Below, one piece after another: positions 9,572 to 18,275 of a stretch of 64,000 nt of DNA. The notes beneath the pieces were generated by a model. The model saw only the letters and a program-made list of their open reading frames with translations, did not search any database and was not told where the DNA came from. Within the stretch, counting starts at the first letter, position 1. Each line of letters begins with the position of its first letter. Location: the NCBI GenBank assembly GCA_050246815.1, contig JBFWVI010000005.1, positions 41,292 through 105,291 on the forward strand, in the 5' to 3' direction. Origin of the DNA: Bdellovibrionales bacterium (GTDB taxonomy: Bacteria > Bdellovibrionota > Bdellovibrionia > Bdellovibrionales > UBA1609). Made by a program: the position numbers and the translations under genes.

Positions 9572-10301
9572 GATCTTGCGGCGGGTGGTTCTCAAGCCAC
9601 TGCTCGCAAAAGATTTTGTACATGGCTTTGCCGTCGGCGATAAAAGCCACGCGCTTTCGCTCTTCGGGGCTAAGCTCATCAAACAAGTAATCGTCATCCA
9701 CCATCACCAATCTCTGAGTGGGCTCGGCTTCGATCAGATAGTCGTCCGTCAGCAGATCGGCCAAAGTCTTCCCCTTAAGAGCGGCCCGCCGATAGTAGCC
9801 GGCAAAGTGGTCCAAAACGATCAGCTTTTTTGTTGGCACCAGCTTCACATGCAACAAGGGATCGCGCTCTTGGGATAGATCCAGCATTTGTGACACTTCA
9901 CTAGGGTTGTTATTTTGACTCATACGCGAGCCCAAAAAGTCCAACCACAATTGCAAAAGCTCGGTTGTGCCGTCACCAGGCTTTGTGCGCAACCAAAGAG
10001 TGACTGGGCGCGGAGGTATTTTAAAACGATCTAAAAGCGCCACCGGATACCAATAAGAATAAAAAATATCAAAAGCCAAGGCCTGCTGAGTCTCGGTCAA
10101 AGTCCTCTTGGCAAACCGCTGTGTGAACTCATTGAACAGCGTCAAGGATTTTTGAGCCATATCCACACCACGACTTTGCTCGTGTTCAAATGCCTTTTTC
10201 AAATGAGGGGGCACTTGCTTTGGCGAGGCCCATGCCAGAATTGAAAATGGCAAAAGAGCAAAAATCAGAAAGGTTAACAAGACTTTAATTCTTTGCGTCA
10301 T
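9555..10301 (-). CDS. Exported protein with degenerate Clp/AAA-like domain
   Basis: Signal peptide; RP..TKPGDGTTEL, LIVLDH and LSPEERKR resemble ClpA/B D2 motifs. Confidence 0.6.
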   Translation of the reverse strand: MTQRIKVLLTFLIFALLPFSILAWASPKQVPPHLKKAFEHEQSRGVDMAQKSLTLFNEFTQRFAKRTLTETQQALAFDIFYSYWYPVALLDRFKIPPRPVTLWLRTKPGDGTTELLQLWLDFLGSRMSQNNNPSEVSQMLDLSQERDPLLHVKLVPTKKLIVLDHFAGYYRRAALKGKTLADLLTDDYLIEAEPTQRLVMVDDDYLFDELSPEERKRVAFIADGKAMYKIFCEQWLENHPPQDPKANN

Positions 10302-10427
10302 TTCCCCTTTATAAAGTATCCAAGCCCAATTTTCATCCCTGTTTTATACTTCTTGCCCCTAATGCGCATGGCCGTGAAACGCTTACAGGCGCCATGACCT
10401 TAAAGCCCATTAAATCTGTGCTGGGCC

Positions 10428-10443
10428 TGGCACCCGGTCTGCT
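10428..10443 (+). promoter_or_regulatory. Putative sigma54 -24/-12 promoter
   Basis: TGGCACCCGGTCTGCT (GG-N10-GC). Confidence 0.6.
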
Positions 10444-10491
10444 TTTAGATTCCCTGACTCCAGTTTTGGGTAAGAAAGGGAGCTCAAGTAT

Positions 10492-11265
10492 ATGGGGACA
10501 AGGAGCCTAGGGGCTATCCTTCTAATATTGTTCGCCAAGGGTGCAGTGGCCGCTGACGGGGTTTGCTTTGCAGACCCCGAGCAGCTTTTTAAAAGCCAAC
10601 CTAAGATCGCGGTTGTTTACGAGTGCAGCTCAAAAACTGAAAGCAAGCTTTGCACTTCGGATGTCGGTTCGGACTGTCAACGAGTGCACGTTGAAGCCGG
10701 TTTAGAGCGCTTGAATTCAAGCCGTTACATTTTGGGCAATAAAAACTCTGTGGCAGCTCAAAATCTGATCAAGAGTCAATCGCCGCGTAAGCAAGTGCTT
10801 GGCGCTTACCTTTCGGCCATGGATTACAGCGAAGGTATTATTGTCGATCCTCTTTTGAGTATTCAGACCGGCCCGTATCCGCAAGTGATGGTGTCACCAC
10901 AAGCCCTGAATTCAAAATGCATGACCGCCATCGTGCAAGCGGCTTACAAGCTGCACACGTTCTTCCAAAACTACAGTTTCGTGGTGGACTCACATATTCA
11001 AAGCTGCCAGAACTTAAAAGACGGCATCCGACAATTGATCGCGCAGCGTGAAAAGGTGCAAGGCAACTTGAACCAATTCCATTCGCCGCTACACTCCGTG
11101 TTTTTGACCAACCGCACGCGTTTTGTGAATAAAGAAATCGGCCAAATGGGCTTGCACATCAATGTGGATCGTGAGGGTGAAATCCGCCGCCGCCTGATCG
11201 ACTTTGAGGTCAGCGCCATTCCCACCGATTCGCCGCGAACGCGCTTGAGTGGTTTAAGCAATTAA
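10492..11265 (+). CDS. Hypothetical exported Cys-containing protein
   Basis: Signal peptide, AGGGAG SD, 257 aa. Confidence 0.75.
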   Translation: MGTRSLGAILLILFAKGAVAADGVCFADPEQLFKSQPKIAVVYECSSKTESKLCTSDVGSDCQRVHVEAGLERLNSSRYILGNKNSVAAQNLIKSQSPRKQVLGAYLSAMDYSEGIIVDPLLSIQTGPYPQVMVSPQALNSKCMTAIVQAAYKLHTFFQNYSFVVDSHIQSCQNLKDGIRQLIAQREKVQGNLNQFHSPLHSVFLTNRTRFVNKEIGQMGLHINVDREGEIRRRLIDFEVSAIPTDSPRTRLSGLSN

Positions 11266-11283
11266 CTTTTTAGGAGGTTTTTT

Positions 11284-11877
11284 ATGATTCGCATTTTATT
11301 GTTGAGTTTGATGGCGATGGGCCTGATGGCCTGCAAAGAAGACAAAGGCGGCAACCGAGTCACCACTTTTGATGGCAGCACGGCTCGCCCGCTGAATCTT
11401 CCCGTCGGAACGGCCGAAATGACAGTTTCTGGCGCCATCAATAAAAAAGTGGTCATGCGGGATGCAAGAGGCTCTTTTGACGAAGTGGTCTGTGCCTATG
11501 ACGCTCACAAAAGACATCTTTATATCGGCGCCCGCCGGGCAGAAGGCCGCAAGTACTGGCCCGAAAGTATCAGCATTCGATTGCCAGGAAACTCTCCATT
11601 GACCTGGCAAACCCAAATCGGGACCACCGACGTGGATGGCAAAGGCTTCATGGTCAGTTTTGATCCCGAACGATACTTTTTGGCCAACAGCTACGCCCCG
11701 GGGACGTTAGATGTGGTGCAAAGCTGTGATCTGAAAATGAAAGAAACCGGCGGCGTGTTGGATGTCTTTTTGGAATGCCCTCAGTTGACTCATGTGAACA
11801 GCAACACCGATTTTAGTCGCAATGACATCCGGCTGAGTTTTGTCATGTCTTGCCACACCGGCAACCTTAGGCGGTAA
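11284..11877 (+). CDS. Hypothetical lipoprotein
   Basis: Lipobox LMAC; AGGAGG SD. Confidence 0.8.
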   Translation: MIRILLLSLMAMGLMACKEDKGGNRVTTFDGSTARPLNLPVGTAEMTVSGAINKKVVMRDARGSFDEVVCAYDAHKRHLYIGARRAEGRKYWPESISIRLPGNSPLTWQTQIGTTDVDGKGFMVSFDPERYFLANSYAPGTLDVVQSCDLKMKETGGVLDVFLECPQLTHVNSNTDFSRNDIRLSFVMSCHTGNLRR

Positions 11878-11879
11878 AT

Positions 11880-12011
11880 ATGAATCGCTTACTAAGTTTA
11901 CTGACTTTATTTATCTTGGCGCCAATAAGTCCTAAAGCTTTGGCAGCTTGCAGCAAACCAGCGAGGCAGCCCATTTTTCACCAGTTGGAAACTTCGTTTC
12001 AGAGAGGGTGA
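11880..12011 (+). CDS. Small 43-aa ORF with signal peptide (possibly a truncated gene)
   Basis: ATG 2 nt after the upstream stop; MNRLLSLLTLFILAPISPKALA|ACSK...; absent from the ORF track. Confidence 0.4.
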   Translation: MNRLLSLLTLFILAPISPKALAACSKPARQPIFHQLETSFQRG

Positions 12012-12039
12012 TAAACTGGGCCGCGTCGCACATGAAGCC

Positions 12040-12510
12040 TTAGCGCCTTTCGCCATCCATGCTCATGAAGGGTTCAAAAATGTTTGGGTCCATCGGCTGA
12101 TTTCGGCCCATGACCTTTTGCACTTCATCAAACGCGCTTAGCATCACATCCAGACGTTCACGGTCCAGTTTAACAATACGATTTTTCATCATACTGATCT
12201 CTTTGGGTGAAGCTTTCGGGTTGACCACGGTTTTGAAAAGGGCCGATTTGGTTTTGGTGATTTCGTCACGAAGTCTTGCGGTCTTTTCGAAGGTGCTGGT
12301 GTGGATCAACATCAATTGTTCACGCTGCTCTTCGCTGAGGTTTTGAGCCTTCAGAAAAATGTTGGCTCCGCGATTGGCAAAACTTTCGTCTTGCGCCACC
12401 GGTGTCTCGGCTTGAACCTTTTTTTCGACGTCCCGCTTCTCATCCTGCGTGGCACAGCCAGTCACCAAAATCGTTAAACCTAAAAGTCCTGCAACCGCAA
12501 TTGCTTTCAT
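12040..12510 (-). CDS. Helical lipoprotein, Spy/CpxP/ZraP-like
   Basis: Lipobox VTGC; 'NLSEEQREQL' LTxxQ-like motif; GGAGG SD. Confidence 0.7.
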   Translation of the reverse strand: MKAIAVAGLLGLTILVTGCATQDEKRDVEKKVQAETPVAQDESFANRGANIFLKAQNLSEEQREQLMLIHTSTFEKTARLRDEITKTKSALFKTVVNPKASPKEISMMKNRIVKLDRERLDVMLSAFDEVQKVMGRNQPMDPNIFEPFMSMDGERR

Positions 12511-12558
12511 AAAGCCTCCGTTATTGTGTAGCGTTGTTGTTCATAGGCACTGCTGTTC

Positions 12559-12574
12559 AGCAGAAGATATGCCA
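12559..12574 (-). promoter_or_regulatory. Putative sigma54 promoter
   Basis: Minus strand TGGCATATCTTCTGCT (GG-N10-GC) upstream of ATG 12510. Confidence 0.6.
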
Positions 12575-12663
12575 AAGGCCTGCATCCACCAGGACGGCTT
12601 TAATCAAGTTCGGCGGCACGCACGAGACAATTTGTCCAGTGCTCCGCTGCACATGTCCCAAAA

Positions 12664-13050
12664 CTACTTTCGTTTGCCGTCGAGTTTGAATAGAAACTTT
12701 TCCACACTTTTGCCTTTAAGGCCGGCGCGAACTTCAATCCGAGTGTCCTGGTCAGGGGCGATCTGGTCACCAAGCACGAAATAATCCCCTTCGCGACTGA
12801 GAACCAAATCTTGGGCCGGGTACGGGTTCAGGCGGCGGATCTGGACGTTCAATTCGTTCAAATCGATGCGCGCCTCTTCTTTGCCAACAATAAAGATTTT
12901 AATGGGCTGCCCCAGCGACAAACGGACATTTAAAAGTTGTCCTTGCCGACTCAAGGTATTCAAGTCGGGACGGCTGGGATCTTGTTGCGGATCTTGCGCC
13001 AAAGCTGTACCCGTAACCAACATACAACCGATCAACAGTCTCTTGAACAT
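12664..13050 (-). CDS. Hypothetical exported protein
   Basis: Signal peptide ALA|QD; GGAGG SD. Confidence 0.75.
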   Translation of the reverse strand: MFKRLLIGCMLVTGTALAQDPQQDPSRPDLNTLSRQGQLLNVRLSLGQPIKIFIVGKEEARIDLNELNVQIRRLNPYPAQDLVLSREGDYFVLGDQIAPDQDTRIEVRAGLKGKSVEKFLFKLDGKRK

Positions 13051-13076
13051 AAGGACCTCCGTTTGATTAGAGCTAT

Positions 13077-13703
13077 CTAGACCTCAGCGCCGCCCTCATT
13101 ACCCATGGGGCTTAGGCCTTGCAGGTGCCGTTGCAATAAAGACTTCAGTTCATTCTGAAAACGTCTCAGTTCTTCATGCGAAATTTCAATCCGTCCATGA
13201 TCTCGCAGCGGGTGCTTCAGCAAATCTGCAAACCAGCCCTGCGAAGGTAACACGCCTTGGACATAAAGTAACTTCGCTTCAAACTGAAGCTTCAACATTT
13301 CAAGTTTGGTGCTGGACTCCGCGGCAAACAATCCGTTGCCGAGCAAATCAAAAAGCTCCGATGAATCTGTGACCCCGGGTTGCGCGACCTTTTCCATCAA
13401 ACCAACCATACTCAAGGCGGTTTCAAGTCGTTCATAGACGTCCCGAAGCCCGTTGAAGCCCTTGATCAACTCCGCCTCTTGCAAATTGTGCAGCGGACTT
13501 TCATCGTGACGGGATTGGCTTGGGCGATAGTGAGCTAAAATGTAGTGGGTGGGCTCTAAAATACCACCGGAAAATCGCTTTCGACTTTTCATCGCGCCGC
13601 GCGCGATAAAACTCATCCTTGCACCCTGGGGATTAAGACCGTGCACCATCAAATCGGCTTCACTCCACTTGAACGTGCGCAGCACGATCAGCTTTTCTTT
13701 CAT
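13077..13703 (-). CDS. recO: DNA repair protein RecO
   Basis: 'IVLRTFKWSEADLMV...ARGAMKSRKRFSGGILEP' RecO N-terminal OB signature. Confidence 0.9.
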   Translation of the reverse strand: MKEKLIVLRTFKWSEADLMVHGLNPQGARMSFIARGAMKSRKRFSGGILEPTHYILAHYRPSQSRHDESPLHNLQEAELIKGFNGLRDVYERLETALSMVGLMEKVAQPGVTDSSELFDLLGNGLFAAESSTKLEMLKLQFEAKLLYVQGVLPSQGWFADLLKHPLRDHGRIEISHEELRRFQNELKSLLQRHLQGLSPMGNEGGAEV

Positions 13704-14689
13704 GCGGACCCCGGCGAAGGCTCAGGTCTACGCCCTCGCTGCAGATAAAGTAGGGCTCCGACCAAGCCCCAAGCCAGCAGAGCCATTTGAAATGCGGTGA
13801 TCGCCACCTGCCCCAACTGAGAAGCTTGCCCCGAATAAAGTTGGAACAAGACTAAAAAGGCCACTTGCCCCACCCCTAAGCCGGCTGGCGCAATGGGCAG
13901 CGACGCCGCGATAAACCCAAGTGGAACCGCAAAAAAGTAGGTTCCAATCGAAATTTCACTGTGCCCGGTGGCAAAGCCCACCATCATCATAAAGCCCGTG
14001 CTGATCACCTGGGCCACAGCGCTTAAAATCAGCGCCTTCAATAAAATACTTTTACAAGTGCTGTAGGCCTGCGTGGCCCGATAAAGTCGTAATAATTTTT
14101 CTTGAAGCGGCAGCTTCTGCAACCAGCGGTCCACTTGCAACAACTGACTGAATCGACGTGAAAAAGCTGCCAGCCAAAACAAAGTCATCAGCAAAAAGAC
14201 TATCAGGGTTCCAAGCGCCAGGCTTTTCAAACGCATCTCAGCGGCAACGCGTGGCCAGTTCACCACTATGGCCGAAAGGGCCAGGATCACCATGGCGTAC
14301 AGCCCCAAAAGGCGATCCAAAATCACCGTCAGCACCGCATCCACCCGACGCTGAGGATTGTCTTGTGCGATGTAATAGCCCTTCACCACATCTCCGCCGA
14401 TTGAACCAGGCAAAGCGTAATTGAAGAACGTGCCAATCAAAAAAAGCCGCGTCGCTTCCAAATACGAAGTGGTAAAGCCCCGGCTCAGCAGCAGGATTTG
14501 CCAGCGCCACGCCTGCACTAAAATCGTAGTCCCCACCAAACCTAGGCCCAACACCAGGGGCTGAGGCGCCAAAAGCTGCGAAAAAAGCGAAAGATCCAGG
14601 TGACCGCGAGCGATCAAATACCAGATCAGCCCAATTGCGAACCCCAATTTGGCGAAATTGATCAGTCTTTGGCGGATCTTCACAGGCAA
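13700..14689 (-). CDS. Lysylphosphatidylglycerol synthase TM/flippase-like membrane protein (UPF0104)
   Basis: RWQILL, FNYALPGSIGGDVVK, DRLLG and PIAPAGLGV motifs; multiple TM helices. Confidence 0.85.
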   Translation of the reverse strand: MPVKIRQRLINFAKLGFAIGLIWYLIARGHLDLSLFSQLLAPQPLVLGLGLVGTTILVQAWRWQILLLSRGFTTSYLEATRLFLIGTFFNYALPGSIGGDVVKGYYIAQDNPQRRVDAVLTVILDRLLGLYAMVILALSAIVVNWPRVAAEMRLKSLALGTLIVFLLMTLFWLAAFSRRFSQLLQVDRWLQKLPLQEKLLRLYRATQAYSTCKSILLKALILSAVAQVISTGFMMMVGFATGHSEISIGTYFFAVPLGFIAASLPIAPAGLGVGQVAFLVLFQLYSGQASQLGQVAITAFQMALLAWGLVGALLYLQRGRRPEPSPGSA

Positions 14690-14774
14690 GTGTTCCTTTG
14701 CGGTTGCAGCCGAGGTTGGACTATATTACCCCTCATTTGTAGCAAAATGCGGGCAAGAGTGCCAAGGAGAGATC

Positions 14775-16145
14775 ATGGATATCGCCGTCATCGGGACAGG
14801 ATATGTAGGCTTGGTGGCCGCCACGTGCTTTGCCGACGCCGGGCATAACCTGATCTGCGCTGATGCCAACCGCGAAAAACTAACACTCTTGAAAGCGGGC
14901 AAAGTCCCATTTTATGAACCCGGCCTTGAGGAGCTCTTTGCACAAAGCAAAAAACGCATGACCTTCGTTCCTGGGGTGGCGGACGCCGTTACCAAAGCAA
15001 ATGTGATTTTTGTCGCCGTGGGCACTCCCGAATTGCCAGACGGTAGCGCCGATATGCAGCCGACTTTTCGAGTTTTAGAAGAAATCTGCGCGTCCGTGAC
15101 CGAGCCAAGTCTGGTGGTTTTGAAAAGCACGGTCCCCATCGGCACGGCCCGACGAGCCTCTCAGTATTGCCTGCAGTATGCCAAACACCCCATCGAGATC
15201 GTCAGCAATCCTGAATTCCTGCGCCAGGGCGCGGCGCTTGAGGATTTTCTAAAGCCAGATCGCGTGGTCATCGGCTGCCAAAGCGAAAAAGCCAAAGTCA
15301 CCATGACCGAACTTTACGAACCTTTTTTGCGCCACGGTGGCCGAATGCAGTCCATGGACAACACCTCGGCCGAAATGGTGAAATATGCGGCCAATTCGTT
15401 TTTGGCTTTGAAAATCAGTTTTATCAATGAACTGGCCTTACTTGCCGACAAGCTTGGCGCCGACATCGATCGCGTGCGTGAGGGCTTCACCTCCGACCAC
15501 CGAATTAATCCGGCTTTCTTTAATCCTGGTATTGGTTATGGCGGCAGTTGCTTTCCGAAAGACGTGCGTGCTTTGGTTTACACCGGCAAACAGGTGGGTT
15601 TAGACCTGAAACTGCTGCAAGCGGCCGATGATGTGAACGAACGCCAAAAATCAATTTTGACCGATCGATTGTACAAACGCTTTGGAAGCCTTCAAGGTTT
15701 GAAGATCGCCATCTGGGGCCTGGCCTTTAAGCCCCGCACCGATGATGTGCGCCGCGCGCCCGCCATCAAAATCATGGAAGATTTGGTTCGCCATGGCGCC
15801 ACGGTCAGCGCTTATGATCCCATCGCCATGGAAAACACCAAACAGGCCAGCCTGGCCAAATTTGAAGCGGCGGGCAGCGCCCTTGAAGCTGCCCATGGCG
15901 CGGATGCACTTTTGATCATCACCGAGTGGAGCGAGTTCAAAGGGGTCGACTTAGAGCAACTTAAAAGCGAACTGCGCCAACCGGTGATCTTCGATGGCCG
16001 CAATCTCTTCGACCCCGCCAAAATGAGTGAACAAGGTTTTGAGTATTATGGCATCGGCCGCCAGGTGCGTGGCACCAGCCTGACCACGCAAAATGAAAAA
16101 CTCAACCCCCTGGCCTCTTCGTCTTGGATGCAAAGCCCATTGTAA
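14775..16145 (+). CDS. ugd: UDP-glucose 6-dehydrogenase
   Basis: GTGYVG, KSTVP, NPEFL, GYGGSCFPKD and GLAFKP motifs; AGGAG SD before ATG 14775. Confidence 0.93.
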   Translation: MDIAVIGTGYVGLVAATCFADAGHNLICADANREKLTLLKAGKVPFYEPGLEELFAQSKKRMTFVPGVADAVTKANVIFVAVGTPELPDGSADMQPTFRVLEEICASVTEPSLVVLKSTVPIGTARRASQYCLQYAKHPIEIVSNPEFLRQGAALEDFLKPDRVVIGCQSEKAKVTMTELYEPFLRHGGRMQSMDNTSAEMVKYAANSFLALKISFINELALLADKLGADIDRVREGFTSDHRINPAFFNPGIGYGGSCFPKDVRALVYTGKQVGLDLKLLQAADDVNERQKSILTDRLYKRFGSLQGLKIAIWGLAFKPRTDDVRRAPAIKIMEDLVRHGATVSAYDPIAMENTKQASLAKFEAAGSALEAAHGADALLIITEWSEFKGVDLEQLKSELRQPVIFDGRNLFDPAKMSEQGFEYYGIGRQVRGTSLTTQNEKLNPLASSSWMQSPL

Positions 16146-16175
16146 AATTCTCTTCAACTCGGTAGAGGCTATTAA

Positions 16176-17162
16176 TTAACCGTTTTGGATTTTCAGAATT
16201 TCGGCACGTATAATGCTTAAGTGAGCAGCCAGATTTTGGTCCACGTAGCGCTGATCGATGATCACCGTGCCGCGAATCATTTCATCGTTAAAGCCAAAGT
16301 CACGCAACCAATCCATGGTGCGCACCCCACGCCAACGATTCAAAGAAGTCGTTTCAAAAGAACTGCTTTCACCAGGGCCTGCCAGCTTATGCTTTAAACG
16401 TTCAGCAAGCCTTGTGATCACCGCAAAGCCGTCCATATCGGGCCAATAAAGCACCACACGATCTGGAATTCGCGCCGCTCCACTCGCAAATACCCTTTTG
16501 CTCTCAGCCGGTAATGACGCCTCAAATTTTTCAACGATGTCGGGGTTGACCAATTCTTGGCGCTTTAATTTTTCGACTTCGCTCAGCGCGTTGGCCGCCA
16601 GCGCTACGCTTTCAGAGAACTGAATTGGCCAGCGCACACGGGCCGAGTGAAACACCGCTGCCAGATGTGAGCCCAGCGAGTGCACATGAAACATCTGCCG
16701 CGTGTAAGCCGTGGGCAAGGGTAAAAAACGATGGTGAGCATGGGACACTTTCAACAAGATGACTTTTTTGGCTTCGATAACCTCTTGTAGAAAGGTCAAA
16801 TCATGCAGTCGCCCCAACATCGGATCGTCTTCGCTGCATAAAACCAGCAATCCATCTGAAGAAATCGCCGCTTCGAGAGCCGCCTTGTCTAGCAAGAGAT
16901 TTGGCTCCAAAGCCTGAATGGCGCACCCCTCGCGCGACAGAAGAGTCGTTGCGGCCTCGTAAACCGGGTCCATGTTTTTAAATAAGTAAATTTTCTTTTT
17001 GTGTGGGAACTGCTTCAACAATCCCACGGTCAACTCACAAAGTGCCGCGCTAAGGCCTGCCAGCAGCTTAACCGCGCCGCCGACGGCTTCGACACCCAGT
17101 AGAGTCGAGGCCTTTTCATTGAGTTCCTGCCAGTGATGGGGCGGCTGAAAATCAATTTGCAC
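16176..17162 (-). CDS. Degenerate cysteine-desulfurase (IscS/NifS)-fold protein
   Basis: C-terminal 'RIPDRVVLYWPDMDGFAV' and 'LRDFGFNDEMIRGTV' resemble IscS; no SxHK PLP motif and no catalytic Cys. Confidence 0.55.
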   Translation of the reverse strand: MQIDFQPPHHWQELNEKASTLLGVEAVGGAVKLLAGLSAALCELTVGLLKQFPHKKKIYLFKNMDPVYEAATTLLSREGCAIQALEPNLLLDKAALEAAISSDGLLVLCSEDDPMLGRLHDLTFLQEVIEAKKVILLKVSHAHHRFLPLPTAYTRQMFHVHSLGSHLAAVFHSARVRWPIQFSESVALAANALSEVEKLKRQELVNPDIVEKFEASLPAESKRVFASGAARIPDRVVLYWPDMDGFAVITRLAERLKHKLAGPGESSSFETTSLNRWRGVRTMDWLRDFGFNDEMIRGTVIIDQRYVDQNLAAHLSIIRAEILKIQNG

Positions 17163-17180
17163 AAATGCCCTTTTAAAAAG

Positions 17181-17684
17181 TTAACGAACGGATTTTAAAA
17201 AATTAAAAAATTTGGCCTCAACCGCGTCCAGGGTCATGGGCTTTTTGCACTTTGGGCATGGGACTTCGGGCAACTGAAGTTTGTAACTCTCTTTGTTTGA
17301 AGCGTACTGATAATCTTTGCCACGGGTCAAAGTCACCGACTGTTCTTTGTTGCAGTCTTCGCAAATCATTGGCGCGCTTAAGCTTTCGACCGTTCCGTTG
17401 TTGGGTAAAAACCCGACGACCATATTCACCTGTGCGATGATCAGGGTGGGACAGTTGTACATTTGAATGTTGGTGTCGGGCGGAAAACGACCGGTCCAAT
17501 TGATCCAGTTTTTCACACCGACAGAGTTTAGATAGCTCACGCCATTTAAGTCGAAGGCGACTTTTTTAACGCCGGCAAAGTTCAAATCAAACAGCTCTGC
17601 GCCCTCGCCGATGTAGCCGCTGACCATGACCTGTAGGGTGTCGCCTACTTTGCTGGATGTTACTTTCGCCGTCGCCATGCCCAC
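17181..17684 (-). CDS. STAS-like domain plus CxxC...CxxC zinc-ribbon protein
   Basis: 'FDLNGVSYLNSVGV' STAS motif; CEDC and CPKC. Confidence 0.75.
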   Translation of the reverse strand: MGMATAKVTSSKVGDTLQVMVSGYIGEGAELFDLNFAGVKKVAFDLNGVSYLNSVGVKNWINWTGRFPPDTNIQMYNCPTLIIAQVNMVVGFLPNNGTVESLSAPMICEDCNKEQSVTLTRGKDYQYASNKESYKLQLPEVPCPKCKKPMTLDAVEAKFFNFLKSVR

Positions 17685-17750
17685 CCTTTACGTTGTCTTT
17701 TCATTCTACAGGGTGGGTCGCGTATATTTCAACTGGGATAAGGGACGGTG

Positions 17751-18275
17751 CTAAATTCCAGCCTTGTGACGCTCTTGATCATCCAGTCGCGTGGGGATTC
17801 CACCCTTCAAATTAGGACGATAAGCCAGATGCTGGATGTCGTAGGTGAAATTACCACCGTTTAGTGCGGGCGTCTGCCACTCTGGACCCATTCGAATCGC
17901 ATCCACAGGACAAGCCTCTTCGCAGTAACCGCAGAACACACAACGAAGAATATCAATCTCATATGCAATCGGATGTTTTTCAACACTGGGGTCGTCATGC
18001 TCTGCCGCTAAAATTTTGATACATTGGGCCGGGCAGTTGGTCGCGCACAACATACAAGCCGTGCAGCGCAAAGAACCGTCCTTCTTCACGGTCAGAACAT
18101 GGTTGCCTTTGAAGCGTGGGCCGTATTCGTACTTCTCTTCGGGGTAATTCAAGGTGATCATTTTCTTTTGGTTGAAAAGATTTTTGATCATCGTGCCGAA
18201 GGTCGTTCCCATTCCAACCAGAATTCCGGGCAGGTACCACTTGGCTTTGGCATCAGGTTGCTTAACCACGCTCAT
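17751..18275 (-). CDS. nuoI: NADH-quinone oxidoreductase subunit I
   Basis: Two CxxCxxCxxxCP ferredoxin motifs; YPEEK. Confidence 0.95.
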   Translation of the reverse strand: MSVVKQPDAKAKWYLPGILVGMGTTFGTMIKNLFNQKKMITLNYPEEKYEYGPRFKGNHVLTVKKDGSLRCTACMLCATNCPAQCIKILAAEHDDPSVEKHPIAYEIDILRCVFCGYCEEACPVDAIRMGPEWQTPALNGGNFTYDIQHLAYRPNLKGGIPTRLDDQERHKAGI

